In this document: piece by piece, positions 44,480 through 55,954 of the stretch
Layout: each line of letters begins with the position of its first letter
How positions within the stretch are numbered: the first letter of the stretch is position 1
Assembly (NCBI GenBank): GCA_963727895.1
Contig: CAVSHT010000013.1
Coordinates: forward strand, 64,001-128,000
Source: an uncultured Methanosarcinaceae archaeon
GTDB taxonomy: Archaea > Halobacteriota > Methanosarcinia > Methanosarcinales > Methanosarcinaceae
Length of the DNA stretch: 64,000 nucleotides
Direction of reading: 5' to 3'
Translations under genes and position numbers: made by a program
The notes under the pieces: generated by a model
What the model was told of the DNA's origin: nothing
Databases searched by the model: none
Seen by the model: the letters and a program-made list of their open reading frames with translations, nothing else

Positions 44480-44865
44480 TGCGTTACCTCCTTTGTTCAG
44501 AGGATTTTTCGCCAATTCTTGTGTTGAGCCTACACAAGATTCCAATGTCTCCATGCTTGCACTCAAATCTTATTCCCCTTTTACTTTATTACCCTATATT
44601 CACTCGAATTGGCCTATTTCGAGGTTTCCAATCCGTAGTTCTTAACACTGTTAATTTATGTTTTGCCTACCAGTGTTAGTTGATAGTACATAATCTCGAG
44701 AAGATTGGTCCAGAGTTGGAACAGCAGATCGGAACCGATGAATACTTTTTTTAGTGGTGTTGTTTAAGAAATATCGTTTTCATCTTGAATTAAAACAACA
44801 TAAAAAACACTTTATAATATAATTTTTAAATAGCTTTCTAGCCTCTGGTAATAGCTTCCCTATGA

Positions 44866-45080
44866 AAATATACGTATTAAAACTATATACAGTTATTGAT
44901 TTTAATCAAAAAGCAATAGAATAAAGAAATAAATGAAAACTATAATATTATAAAAAAATAAAAAGTTAGTAGGTAAACATACATATTAAAACTATAAACA
45001 GTTATTGATTTTAATCAAAAAGCAATAGAATAAAGAAATAAATGAGAGTTATAAAAAACAAAAAAATAAAAGGTCAGTAA
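44866..45080. repeat. ~109-bp imperfect tandem duplication upstream of HARP
   Basis: TATTAAAACTATA.ACAGTTATTGATTTTAATCAAAAAGCAATAGAATAAAGAAATAAATGA at 44875 and 44984. Confidence 0.85.
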
Positions 45081-45165
45081 ATAGAAGGGATAAAACAAAG
45101 AATTTTATTGATCCTTGATCAATATATAAGATGGGAAAGAAGAACATTCAAAAGGGTTAAAAAGA

Positions 45166-45912
45166 ATGCTTAAGCAGAGATTTGTGCTGGACACTACGGC
45201 ATTAACGGATCTGCAGACGCGAGAAGTAATGGGTTATGCGTCCCTTTGCGAAGGGATGAAAAAGATTCTTGATCTTATAGCTGAGGCTCGTCTGCGATTA
45301 GATATAAGTTGTTATATACCTTACCCATCGGTATATAAGGAAATGTACGAGTTTGCAAGCCGCAATGGCTGTGACAGTGAAGTTATGGCTAAAATAGATA
45401 CATGGCTTGTGAAGAAATCTCCTGACAGGTATAGAGTTAACGTAACCTCTCAAATCTTCCAAGAATATGTAGCTTATATGCGAGAAAGGATCAACCGGGG
45501 AATGGGAGTTGCCGAAGATGCGATATGGGAGGTAGCTACTGAATGCCTCTTTATGGAAAATCCTCAAAACAAGGAAAAAGAGTACAAGGAAGAAATTGAG
45601 AGGGAAGTTATCGGGGGGATTATTGGCAAATTCCGGAATAAGTATCGTGCTGCCCTGAGATATGGAATTCTTGATAGTGCTCCTGATATCGATGTGCTAA
45701 TTCTTGCCAAAGAGCTTGATGCCGCAGTTGTTGCGAGTGATTATGGGATTGAAAAATGGGCAGAGCAGCTTGGAGTCCGCTTTGTGCCTGCAAATACTTT
45801 TCCCATGATGATAAAAGAGTACCTGAAACATCTTCCACGAAGTAAAGAGTCCGAGTCCGAAAGCAGAGAAAAAATCAAAAAAGAATCATCTAATGAAATA
45901 GAATTTATTTAA
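45166..45912 (+). CDS. RNA-free RNase P (HARP, PIN-like)
   Basis: [52 protein letters not shown]. Confidence 0.88.
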   Translation: MLKQRFVLDTTALTDLQTREVMGYASLCEGMKKILDLIAEARLRLDISCYIPYPSVYKEMYEFASRNGCDSEVMAKIDTWLVKKSPDRYRVNVTSQIFQEYVAYMRERINRGMGVAEDAIWEVATECLFMENPQNKEKEYKEEIEREVIGGIIGKFRNKYRAALRYGILDSAPDIDVLILAKELDAAVVASDYGIEKWAEQLGVRFVPANTFPMMIKEYLKHLPRSKESESESREKIKKESSNEIEFI

Positions 45913-46234
45913 CAGCTTCAGCTTCAAAACCTGATAAGTCTACAAGCTTTAGTCTCAAGATTTAATTTTAGATTAGGGTACGAGTTAAGTTGGAGACGAA
46001 ACTTTGGATAGTTGGAGAAGTGTCTTCAGATGCTAACTGAGCTGTGAATATCAAGGAAAAATTAAATCTTAATTACTAATTATCAAGCCTTAAGGAAATT
46101 AATATCTTTTAAGGAATTAACGTCTTTTAAGAAATTAACCTTTAAAGAATTTGTTTCTTAAAGAATTTGTTTCTTAAAGAAATCTGTACACTCATAGAAA
46201 AATGTTTCTTTAGATAATCTTGGGGGGTAAGAGT

Positions 46235-47467
46235 TTGAGAAACATAGTAATAGAAGAATTAAAAGCATCTGAAGTTTACCGTCAAAGGGTTGAGGTTGTT
46301 GAGAGGAAAGGACTGGGACATCCTGATTATATCTGTGATGCCATAATGGAACAAATCTCATTAAGCCTCAATCAGAAGTACCTTGAAACCTTTGGGACTA
46401 TCCTGCACTATAATATAGACAAGGGCATGCTCGTTGCAGGAGAAGTTGAAGGAAAATTTGGGGGAGGCAGAATCTTAAGCCCAATGAGGCTTATAATAGG
46501 CGATAGGGCGACTTTTAAAGCACAGGGAATAGAAATTGACGTTCCTGAACTTGCAATAAGTACAGCACAAAAATGGTTCCAGGATAATCTTCGCTTCGTA
46601 GATCCTGAAAATCTTATCTACCAGGTAGAGCTAAAAAAAGGTTCTGCAGAGCTTACAGATATATTCAGTAGAAAAAGTGGGATTCTTGGAGCAAATGATA
46701 CCTCCGCAGCAGTTGGATATGCACCTCTTAGTCCCACTGAAATACTTGTTTTTGAATGCGAAAGGTATCTGAACTCAAGAAAGTTCAAAAAAGAATATCC
46801 TGAATCTGGAGAAGATATAAAAGTTATGGGGCTAAGGCACAGAGAAGATGTGCATCTTACTGTTGCAATGCCTCTTGTAGACAAGTTCGTTGAATCTGAA
46901 GAAGAATATTTTAAGAAAAAAATCGAACTTCACGAACGAATTGAAGAATTTACTGCCGAATTTGCAGAGAAAGCAAGAGCCGAAATAGAAGCCTGTATGT
47001 GTCTGAAACCAACTGCTTCTTTGAATACTCTGGACGCTCCGGGGAGAGGGCTGCAAGGAATTTATACCACTGTAACGGGCACTTCTACAGAAGACGCAGA
47101 TGGTGGGGAAGTTGGAAGAGGAAACCGCGTAAATGGGTTAATTCCTTTAAATCGCCCTGTTAGCAGTGAAGCTGCAGCAGGTAAAAATCCCGTAAGCCAC
47201 ATAGGAAAGATCTACAACCTTCTCTCCCACAGGATTGCAGCAAGGATCTATAGAGAAGTACCTGATATTTCCGAGGTTTATGTCTGGCTTCTTAGTGAAA
47301 TAGGAACTCCAATAGACCAGCCTCAGATTGCAACTGCTCAGATGATAATGAAAAAAGGATCTATGAGTGACGTAGAAAAAGATGTTGCCGAAATAATGGA
47401 AAAGGAGTTGGAGAATATACGGGCTTTCTCAATGGAACTTGTTGCAGGAAAATGTCCTATCTGCTGA
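46235..47467 (+). CDS. mat: Archaeal S-adenosylmethionine synthetase
   Basis: VERKGLGHPD, ANDTS, GEDIKVMG, GRGNRVNG, EAAAGKNPVSHIGKIYN. Confidence 0.95.
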   Translation: MRNIVIEELKASEVYRQRVEVVERKGLGHPDYICDAIMEQISLSLNQKYLETFGTILHYNIDKGMLVAGEVEGKFGGGRILSPMRLIIGDRATFKAQGIEIDVPELAISTAQKWFQDNLRFVDPENLIYQVELKKGSAELTDIFSRKSGILGANDTSAAVGYAPLSPTEILVFECERYLNSRKFKKEYPESGEDIKVMGLRHREDVHLTVAMPLVDKFVESEEEYFKKKIELHERIEEFTAEFAEKARAEIEACMCLKPTASLNTLDAPGRGLQGIYTTVTGTSTEDADGGEVGRGNRVNGLIPLNRPVSSEAAAGKNPVSHIGKIYNLLSHRIAARIYREVPDISEVYVWLLSEIGTPIDQPQIATAQMIMKKGSMSDVEKDVAEIMEKELENIRAFSMELVAGKCPIC

Positions 47468-47493
47468 GAATGAATTGTTCGGGGAGAGCTAGC

Positions 47494-48363
47494 TCATACC
47501 CCGGCAATAAAAGCAATAAGAGCAAAAAACATTGCAATCTTGAACATTTTTGAAGATTTAGTAAGATTGTCGCGAGATATAAGCTGATAGATAGCTGCAA
47601 GAAATCCAAGATCTGCCAGAAGAACAAGATAAAGATAACGAAGACCAAGTATTGACATAAGGTAAGGAAGAGGACTCAAAAATACAGCTAGAAACCCAAT
47701 AAAAACTGCAAGGTAACTTGCTTTTTTCGCTCCAATCCTGAGAGGTAAGGTATCTGCTCCTTCTTTTTTATCTCCTTCCATGTCCTCTAGGTCCTTCACA
47801 ATTTCTCTGGCAGTGATTGCAAGGGCTGCTAGCAGGAATAGTATAAAGAGGGCTTTAAGACCTTCAAACCCAAAAACAGAAGCTCCAAATAGAAAACTTG
47901 AGCCTGTCAGGTAGCCTATGCTCAGATTTCCTAATAGAGGAGTACTTTTGAGAGTTTTTGCATAGAATATAAGCAGTAATGAATTAAACAGCGCAATAAG
48001 TCCACACATTAGATTTATAGAGAAAGCCATAAACGTTCCAAAAGCAAACAAGATATAAGAGAAGTAAAGAGCTTCCTTTAACTTTATCCTGCCTGAAGGA
48101 ATAGGCCTCTCAGGACGATTGATGGAATCTATTCTGACATCAAAATAGTCGTTAATGGTATTTCCGGCACCTGAAATTAAAAATACAGCCAGAAAAACAA
48201 GGCCTGCATAAAAGAAAGGAAATATATCAGAGTTATAGGAAATAAAGGCATCCGAGGTCAGGATATTAAAAGCTATCAATGTTCCGATTATAGATGCAAA
48301 ACCTGCCATAAGACAGTTTTTGTATCTCATTAATTCCAAATATGTGCGTACGCCTGTAGACAT
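47494..48363 (-). CDS. Digeranylgeranylglyceryl phosphate synthase (UbiA family)
   Basis: [35 protein letters not shown]. Confidence 0.9.
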   Translation of the reverse strand: MSTGVRTYLELMRYKNCLMAGFASIIGTLIAFNILTSDAFISYNSDIFPFFYAGLVFLAVFLISGAGNTINDYFDVRIDSINRPERPIPSGRIKLKEALYFSYILFAFGTFMAFSINLMCGLIALFNSLLLIFYAKTLKSTPLLGNLSIGYLTGSSFLFGASVFGFEGLKALFILFLLAALAITAREIVKDLEDMEGDKKEGADTLPLRIGAKKASYLAVFIGFLAVFLSPLPYLMSILGLRYLYLVLLADLGFLAAIYQLISRDNLTKSSKMFKIAMFFALIAFIAGV

Positions 48364-48728
48364 CAGAAGAAAGCAGTATTATAAAGTATTAAAGGTATCG
48401 GATTTTCTCACCTGAATTTCATTTTTCGTGTTTTTATTGCTTTTGTATCTGAATAAATCCTTTAAACTCCAACTCCTGTAAATTATTCGCAGCGTTTGAT
48501 GATTAATCGATTCTCTCAAATACGATTATTTAGAAAACTTTAAGCTCCGAAAACACATATTTTAATTGCTGTTTAAATTACTACTCTGGGACTTGAGGTT
48601 ATTTTAAGCTGACTTCGGGAAGATGTATCTGCGTTTTTATGTAATACTACATTTGTGTGATTATCAAATCTAAATCTTAGTGTAAAGAGGTGAATTGTCC
48701 CACTTATTATCTAGAAGGAGTAAAAGGC

Positions 48729-49022
48729 ATGCATGACACAAGACTGATCAAGGTACTTGCAGAATATCTCGCAAGATGCGCAGAAATCCATGCTAGGAAC
48801 GAGTCAATACCGCCAGAAATCCTGGAAACGTTTATGATTGATATCGTAAGCTGTCTGGAAGTGGGTGGTATTTACGACTTTGGAAAAGAGCTGGTTCCGC
48901 TCAAAAAAGCACGTGCAACTATCAGGCTTGCAAGACGTGAATTTGAGTGGCAGTGCGACAATACAGACAACCCGGAAGACTGGGAAACCTGCCTGCGGAA
49001 CGCAGTTTCTGAAAACGTATAA
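48729..49022 (+). CDS. Hypothetical protein (~97 aa)
   Basis: GGAG RBS before ATG 48729; coding-like composition. Confidence 0.6.
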   Translation: MHDTRLIKVLAEYLARCAEIHARNESIPPEILETFMIDIVSCLEVGGIYDFGKELVPLKKARATIRLARREFEWQCDNTDNPEDWETCLRNAVSENV

Positions 49023-49466
49023 TTTTTTAAAGTCTGCTTAGAAATCTGTGACCTCGCGGGTATTTTTCAAGTTTTATTCTGCAAAACTATTACTGAAAGA
49101 GCCTTCTCATTGTCTGAAATTCTGAGATGGGCACATATCTAATTTTATGGAGGTATTTTGTGTCTTTGTGTCAAATCACGTCCTTGTATTAAAGATAAGA
49201 ATTGAAATCACAAATCAAGGACAATTTTCAAGTTAGATATTTATCAGAAACTTAGATAAGTTTATAAAGAAAAACAGAAAAACAATAATTGTAAAATTTG
49301 TGAAAATTAGATAGTGGGAGTCGATTCCTGTGAAATATTATGCAGTAGGAAGGCTCATAATCCAATCAAACAAAGTGAATTGACACATTTTAGACCTGGC
49401 CAAAACCCCCACTAATATTTAGCCATGATTCTTATTGATTTTTTTCAATAAAATTGCTTGAATTCT

Positions 49467-50108
49467 TCAGGTACGCAATCCCTTGAGATTTAAATCATTT
49501 CCTTTCCAGGATCCTGGTATATAACGATGCTTGTAACTACTATTCCCATCCCTCTTTGGAGTTTCTTTAATTCCTTTCCATGAACCTGGAACATATCGAG
49601 GTTTGTAACCAGCTTTTTCCTTAGTTTCTTTCCAGAGCCCAGAAATATAACGCGGTTTGTACCCGATATCACTTATTTTTGGATTCTCTTTTGTTCCTTT
49701 CCAGAACCCAGGGATATATTTTGGCTTGGAACTAATATTTTTACTTGTTTTCTTATTCTCTTTTGTTCCTGTCCAGAATCCAGGAATATAATGCTGCATA
49801 TACCTGATAGTCTCTATTTTTGGATTTTCCTTTCCAGATTTCCAGAATCCAGGTATGTATTTTGGCTTATTATTTGTCTTTTCTATCTTAAAAAAATCAT
49901 TGGTTCCATTCCAGAGGCCAGGAATGTAACGCGTTCTGTTTTTTATGTTTTCAATCTTTGAATTCTGTTTAGTTCCTTTCCAGGAGCCGGGAATGTAATG
50001 AGGTATGGAGGCAAAATTTTCATTTAGTCTTGAAGATTTTTTAGCTTCTGTTTTTGTTTTCTTAACTGCTTTGCCAGCTCCCTCTTTTAGTTTATGATTT
50101 TTATGCAT
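49467..50108 (-). CDS. Basic protein with 8 Y(I/V)PGxW repeats
   Basis: GAGAGG RBS before ATG 50108; ~23-aa repeat units. Confidence 0.75.
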   Translation of the reverse strand: MHKNHKLKEGAGKAVKKTKTEAKKSSRLNENFASIPHYIPGSWKGTKQNSKIENIKNRTRYIPGLWNGTNDFFKIEKTNNKPKYIPGFWKSGKENPKIETIRYMQHYIPGFWTGTKENKKTSKNISSKPKYIPGFWKGTKENPKISDIGYKPRYISGLWKETKEKAGYKPRYVPGSWKGIKETPKRDGNSSYKHRYIPGSWKGNDLNLKGLRT

Positions 50109-50451
50109 GCGACTAACCTCTCTATTTAATGTATACAGTTTAACTGCGAAACTAATCGCATAAAAACTAAACCCGCTAGATAATACACTCTTAACATATA
50201 AATAAATATTTGACAGTTTTGGGGGACATGGCCTTAATTTTTTGTATCCATACGTAGGTATTTTCACATAAATTCGTTCTAATCTGGCTCTAACGCCAGA
50301 CGAAATTTCTGAATTATTAAGTTTTATGAGGCAATAATTCAAAATAGTTATTTTAAAAAAGGTAATTCAACGACTGTCAAGAAGGATTAATTGTTTAAGT
50401 ATTTTTTAAAAAATAGATATAATTAGTAAGTGCAACATAATAAAACTGTAT

Positions 50452-50868
50452 TCAACAACTATTTTTTCTTATAAGTCCATTTGCTCTCGTTTCTGCTTCT
50501 TCTTTTGTCTGGAATATCTCATCGGTACAGTTACATTTTCGCGTGCTAGAGTTGCAATGACAAATAATATACAAAATATCGGAAAGGTTGTCAGTGGGGA
50601 CATAACTTAACTCGGTAATTTCCTTGCCTATACGGGTATAATCTTGTCCGTCAATCTCAATTTCGCCTGCATCTTTCATTGGATCATATCCAAAAAATAT
50701 TTCGCTGTCCAGTGCTGCTTGCCATTCCTCTACAAAATATTCGGGCTGCCCTTCAATGTACTCTATCTCAAAATCCGCAGTACCATTAGTTTTTACATAC
50801 TCAAACATGCTTTCATATACATCCACTGATTTTACTTTTCCATAATACAATATGTTTAGATTTCTCAT
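50452..50868 (-). CDS. Hypothetical acidic protein
   Basis: 138-aa ORF with an RBS-like GGGAGA/AGGA upstream. Confidence 0.65.
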   Translation of the reverse strand: MRNLNILYYGKVKSVDVYESMFEYVKTNGTADFEIEYIEGQPEYFVEEWQAALDSEIFFGYDPMKDAGEIEIDGQDYTRIGKEITELSYVPTDNLSDILYIICHCNSSTRKCNCTDEIFQTKEEAETRANGLIRKNSC

Positions 50869-51272
50869 TCCTGTCCTATCTCCCTTGAAGTAATATTACA
50901 TTTTAGATACCTAATCACATCTTATACTTAAAGTATTAAAGAAAAAAGCTGATTTTCTTTCAGTTTAAGCAACTCATATGTAAATAACTATACAGAAACT
51001 TTGTTTGTTTCCTTGTCAATCCCAGAATTTTGTTTTTATTTTCCGTTATGCCCCATTAATATAAATCTCCAGGTGCCAACAAACTTATAAAAATCTATTG
51101 AAAGAGTATTGGAAGATATAAAATTATAACTGAGCTGGAAATAACAACTTAAAAGTAATTATAAAAGTAATTATAATTGAAAAAGAACAAAAATTTAAAA
51201 ATTAAAATTTAAAGAAAATATAAGAAAAAAGTTGAAAGAAATGTGAAACCAAAAATAATTAGACTTTCTTCT

Positions 51273-52316
51273 TTAGCATACTCTGGGAATCGGGTCTCCT
51301 GCAGGTACATCTACAAAACGCATACCTCCAAAGCGATTTTTCAGAACTACTTCTTTTTTATCTGGAGTAACTTCTCCTATAACAGCTGCGTCCTTGCCGT
51401 AAGGATGTTGCCTCAAAATTGAAAGAACTTCATCTTCAAAACCGGATTTGACCCCGATAACTGCTTTTCCTTCATTTGCAACCTCAAGGGGATCCAGGCC
51501 CAGCATTTCACAGGCTGCGGAAACGGCTGGTTTGAAAGGGATCAAGTCTTCTTCAATAAGAATACCTGCTCCAGATTTTGCTGCCATCTCGTTCAGGGCA
51601 TTTGCAAGTCCCCCACGCGTAGGATCTTTCATTGCCGTAATCACGGGCTCGCCATCTGGAGTTCTTAGTTTTAGGAGGGGTTCGATGAGTTTCCAGAGTG
51701 GAGCTGAATCTGAGGCAAGGTCAGTATCAAAATCAAAACCTTCCCTGTGAGCCATGAGCGAGATTCCATGATCACCAATAGTTCCTGTCACCAAAATTTT
51801 ATCTCCCAGCTGAAGCCCTGAATCTCTTACAGGACTATCCGTAACCCCCAAACCTGCGGTGTTCAGGATAATCGAATCAAGTGCTGTTTTCTCCACGGTC
51901 TTCGTATCACCTGTTATTATGGGAACTCCAACCTCTGCCGCCGTTTCATCCATTGTTTTAATAATTTCCTCAAACTCCTGAAGTGAAAATCCTTCCGGAA
52001 CTATGACTGCACAGGTGAGAGCAAGGGGTTTAGCTCCCATAACAGTAAGGTCATTGACGGTGCCTGAAACTGCAAGCCTTCCTATATTGGTATTTGGAAA
52101 AAAAGCAGGTGTTATCACGTGACTGTCAGTAGTCAGTACGAGTTCACATCCCTTTTCAAAACCTTCAAGCTTTACTGTGGATCCATCATCAAGACATTCA
52201 AGCCCTATCGAGCCTGCGCTTTTATTGTGAAAGTTTTTTAGAATTATTTCTCCTATCAGTGCTTGCATTACTTCTCCGCCTGCACCGTGTTCAAGAGAAA
52301 TGGTATTAGATTTCAT
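51273..52316 (-). CDS. hypE: Hydrogenase maturation protein HypE
   Basis: HGAGG, TTDSH, GTVNDL, KDPTRGG, ANEGK, C-terminal PRVC. Confidence 0.96.
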   Translation of the reverse strand: MKSNTISLEHGAGGEVMQALIGEIILKNFHNKSAGSIGLECLDDGSTVKLEGFEKGCELVLTTDSHVITPAFFPNTNIGRLAVSGTVNDLTVMGAKPLALTCAVIVPEGFSLQEFEEIIKTMDETAAEVGVPIITGDTKTVEKTALDSIILNTAGLGVTDSPVRDSGLQLGDKILVTGTIGDHGISLMAHREGFDFDTDLASDSAPLWKLIEPLLKLRTPDGEPVITAMKDPTRGGLANALNEMAAKSGAGILIEEDLIPFKPAVSAACEMLGLDPLEVANEGKAVIGVKSGFEDEVLSILRQHPYGKDAAVIGEVTPDKKEVVLKNRFGGMRFVDVPAGDPIPRVC

Positions 52317-52412
52317 ATGAGTCTCCTTTTTCCGTTTTCTAAACCCTCTGGATCATCTCAACCGACTTTAATTCTCTTTAACCTGCCTTTTTAAATTCTT
52401 TTTTAACCTACC

Positions 52413-53090
52413 TTATTTATTCTGAGCTTCTTTAACTCCAAGCTCGATAAAACTAATCCAGGTTTCCAGGCTTTCCCAATCATGCTTCGAAGTCAGGATT
52501 ACCGGCACTTTCGGGTTTAAAGAAAGGATGTCATCTCGCATTTTCTCAGCTTCAACATCCACTGCATGTGCAATGTCAACTTTATTTATAACCGCAAGAT
52601 CTGCAGTCTTGAAAATCATAGGGTGCTTCAGGATAATGTCGTCTCCTTCGGTCACACTAACGACTACAACCCTAAGATGCTCTCCAAGTTTGAAGTCCAC
52701 AGGACAGATCAAATTCCCTACGTTCTCAATAAACAGGAGATCAGTATTAGCAAGATCAATTTCATCCAGAGCTTTTTCCACAAGCTTTGCATCTAGATGG
52801 CATTCTTTACCGGTATTCACTGGAATAGTAGGGACATCGAGTTTCCTGAAACGGGAAGAATCCATCTCTGCGATTACATCCCCTGCGATCACGGCTATTC
52901 TATACTTATCTTTGAGTTGCCTGATTGCTTCTTCAATAAGGGTTGTTTTTCCTGAGCCAATTGCTCCCATTACATTTACTGAAAAAACTTGATTTTTGTC
53001 AAGTTTGTTTTGGTTTTTTTCAGCAAGTTTGTCATTTGCTTTGTAGACATCGTGTTCCATATGGATTACATGCATTAACATAAACATCAC
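52413..53090 (-). CDS. hypB: Hydrogenase nickel GTPase HypB
   Basis: GSGKTT, ECHLDA, ENVGNLICP, NKVD. Confidence 0.95.
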   Translation of the reverse strand: MMFMLMHVIHMEHDVYKANDKLAEKNQNKLDKNQVFSVNVMGAIGSGKTTLIEEAIRQLKDKYRIAVIAGDVIAEMDSSRFRKLDVPTIPVNTGKECHLDAKLVEKALDEIDLANTDLLFIENVGNLICPVDFKLGEHLRVVVVSVTEGDDIILKHPMIFKTADLAVINKVDIAHAVDVEAEKMRDDILSLNPKVPVILTSKHDWESLETWISFIELGVKEAQNK

Positions 53091-53122
53091 TTGGAAAATT
53101 CTTTTTAATCATACCTGCTTGG

Positions 53123-53524
53123 TTAATCCTGTTTTTCGGTTTCTATCTCTATACTTTTAATAATCAACTCTCGGCCACCAGTAATACTTGCTTCCTTTCC
53201 ACAGATTGGGCATTCCATGGCTGCTACATAAGCTAGAAGTTCGCTTTGGAACTGACAACTTTCTCGGATCTGTTTTTCATCTATTGTTCCCTTGTACCCG
53301 CATTCGCATTCAAGTGAGGGAGGCACCATTTCCACAATAAGATCCGCATCTTTGGCAATACTTTCATCTGCAAGGACTTTAAAACAGAAACTCAATTGTT
53401 CGGGATTAGTATGCGATAATTTACCCATTTGAAGGGTCACATGCTTGACTTCAGTAGCTCCATGTGCATTGGCCGTGGCCATAACCTGCTCATAAATTTC
53501 ACACGCAATGGAAAGCTCATGCAA
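53123..53524 (-). CDS. hypA: Hydrogenase nickel chaperone HypA
   Basis: MHELSIA, CEC..CPIC, GREL. Confidence 0.95.
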   Translation of the reverse strand: MHELSIACEIYEQVMATANAHGATEVKHVTLQMGKLSHTNPEQLSFCFKVLADESIAKDADLIVEMVPPSLECECGYKGTIDEKQIRESCQFQSELLAYVAAMECPICGKEASITGGRELIIKSIEIETEKQD

Positions 53525-54635
53525 ACCTGTTACCTCCTTCTCTTGAGTACCTGAACCAGTTGTAACACATGCCTTCCTGACTTACCATACAGGGGCCCGC
53601 AGGGTTTTTGGGGGTACAGTATTTCCCAAAATTAAGGCATTGTGAAGGCTTTGCTTTTCCCGTAAGGATAGCTGCGCAGATACAATTCTTTTTGTCTTTA
53701 CTTCCTGTTTTCGTTCGAACTTCTTCAAGAGCAGAGATATAAAGGTCTTCGTACTTTATTGCGGCGTTTTTTTCCTCAAACTCTTTCCTAAGTGCAAGTC
53801 CTGAATTCTCTATTCTTCCTATGCCTCGCCACTCAGAATCAGAAGTTTCGAACACCTTGTCCATGATTTTTAGAGCAATCTGGTTTCCTTCGGGTTTTAC
53901 AGCTCTTGGATAACCATTTTCTATTCTCGGACTACCTTCCTCTGCCTGCATCTGCAATAGATATATCCCAAGGAGTATATCTGCGGGTTCAAATCCGCTT
54001 ACAACTACAGGAAAACCTTTTTCTGCAAGAGGTTCAAACGGTTTTGTGCCTATTATGGTTGCCACATGCCCTGGAGCTATAAAGGCATCAACTTCTGTAT
54101 CTCTGGCAAGGAGCTCGACTGCAGGAGGAGTTTTCTTCTGCGAAACAAGGAGGCTGAAGTTTTCGGATGTGTATCTTAAAAGAGCGGCAGCATTTGAAGG
54201 AACTGTTGTCTCAAAGCCTATTCCAAAAAAGGCAACTTCAAGTTCGGGTTTCTTCTCTGCAAGGGCAATTGCATCGTCAATGCTGTAGACCATCCTTACA
54301 TCTGCCCCTTCAGACTTAGCGTCCAGCAAACTTTCTGCCGAACCGGGAACTCGCATCATATCTCCAAAGGTGACAACAGTTACTCCACTTTTCGCAAGGG
54401 CGATTGCAACATTTATATCTTCTTCAGGCGTAACACATACAGGGCATCCTGGCCCGCTTATTACCTCGATGTTTTTCGGAAGGATACTCCTTAATCCATA
54501 TTTTGCTATAGTTCGCTCATGAGTTCCGCAAACATGCATTATACGGAGAGGTATCTTCGAACCGTTTATTCTTTCCAGAAGCTTTTTTTCAAACTCAGGG
54601 ACCAATGGCTTTGAAGAGAGATTCCCATTTTCCAT
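53517..54635 (-). CDS. hypD: Hydrogenase maturation protein HypD
   Basis: CGTHE, GPGCPVC, GFETT, PGHV, CMVSQEGMC. Confidence 0.96.
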   Translation of the reverse strand: MENGNLSSKPLVPEFEKKLLERINGSKIPLRIMHVCGTHERTIAKYGLRSILPKNIEVISGPGCPVCVTPEEDINVAIALAKSGVTVVTFGDMMRVPGSAESLLDAKSEGADVRMVYSIDDAIALAEKKPELEVAFFGIGFETTVPSNAAALLRYTSENFSLLVSQKKTPPAVELLARDTEVDAFIAPGHVATIIGTKPFEPLAEKGFPVVVSGFEPADILLGIYLLQMQAEEGSPRIENGYPRAVKPEGNQIALKIMDKVFETSDSEWRGIGRIENSGLALRKEFEEKNAAIKYEDLYISALEEVRTKTGSKDKKNCICAAILTGKAKPSQCLNFGKYCTPKNPAGPCMVSQEGMCYNWFRYSREGGNRFA

Positions 54636-54654
54636 TTTTTATCATCATCCGTTT

Positions 54655-54915
54655 TTATGGAGATTCACTTTCGCAGTTATCTATTTCTTCAAGTCCCGCA
54701 ATCTGTCTGAGAAGGTGCATTGTTTCTTCACTTTCTTCTTCTGAGATTTCCGTTATCGCATATCCAACATGGACAAGAAAATGTTTTCCGATTATGGATT
54801 CATTGGCACCGCCCATGAGGTCCATATTGACGTCTCTGCAGACTCCACCCATGTCGATCTTTGCAGTATTCTCATTTACTATGGATATTACTTTTCCAGG
54901 AATAGCTATACACAT
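54655..54915 (-). CDS. hypC: Hydrogenase chaperone HypC
   Basis: MCIAIPG, LVHVGYA. Confidence 0.95.
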   Translation of the reverse strand: MCIAIPGKVISIVNENTAKIDMGGVCRDVNMDLMGGANESIIGKHFLVHVGYAITEISEEESEETMHLLRQIAGLEEIDNCESESP

Positions 54916-55954
54916 GTTTCCTCTAACTCTTTTTTTTCTCAATTATTTATAATCCTTTTTTCCATGAGATAAATCCCTGTATTAAAGTTTTCACAAGAAT
55001 TATTTTATAACAGATATATATTTGCAGGGTATATAAATTTACAGGTTTCAACTGACAAAAACCCTCAGTTATATTTTTAACTAGTTAAACAGCTTCTATT
55101 GCCTTACCTGTTTATACTTTCCTACTGCTGATCCTGACTATCTATTTTTTATTACTTCACTTGCCGCAAATAGAAAAATGAAGATATAGTGAACAAGAAC
55201 TGGATTCTACATTTTGGGCAAACATATTGTCAAAAATTGTTTTTTGAGGTTTTATAGTTCTATATTATAATCTTTTTGTTTTTTTATTTTGCACCAATTA
55301 TTTAAAAATGTTTTTGTATTATATTGAACTTGCTGTAGAAGTGCTTTAGAAAAAGTTCTAAATTTTTCTTTTAATCATATTCTATAATAATATCACTTGT
55401 TCTACGATTTTAGACAAATAAACAGACTTATTAGCATTCTTTTTCATATTGAGTTTTTAAAAAGCGCTCTTTTCCAGGCACTACAGATTAAAGTTGATAA
55501 AGCAAATTCGACATAAAAATTCCTCATAGATTAAAAGGACCAAATAATCCACGTTTCATGAGACTTCAAACGAGGTCAATAGTCATAATACCAAAAATAT
55601 ATAATTATGATATAACTTTATCGGAAACATATGACATTTTAAATTATATATATCAGTGTGATTTTATTTATTCTTTCAAAATGAGTTTGTGTAGCGTTTA
55701 AGTACTATAAAGTACATGATTGGGCATTCAACTACATTATTTATTTAATTAGTTTTTTATATATCTCGTCAAACTGTTTATCTTCAACGCAGCCAATAAA
55801 TATATTTATCGACTTGTGTAAAAAACCTTAAATACTATTCCCTCATTGAAAAACATTAGTTGTAAATTTATGTATACATTTATATAATTACGATGGACAA
55901 TTATTAACACTCTTTCAAATGTATAAATTTGGGTAAAATCAAGATGTGGTAGAG

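Noticed and set aside
46090..46185. Degenerate 16-19-bp AT-rich repeats upstream of mat (similar at 39645-39710)
   Set aside because: Typical slippage repeats; no further structure.
49340..49365. GGCTCATAATCC resembling a tRNA-Met anticodon arm
   Set aside because: No acceptor stem or T-arm.
54916..55954. 1-kb hyp/vht intergenic region as a hidden gene or RNA
   Set aside because: AT-rich with no ORF or convincing stems seen; consistent with divergent promoters and long leaders.
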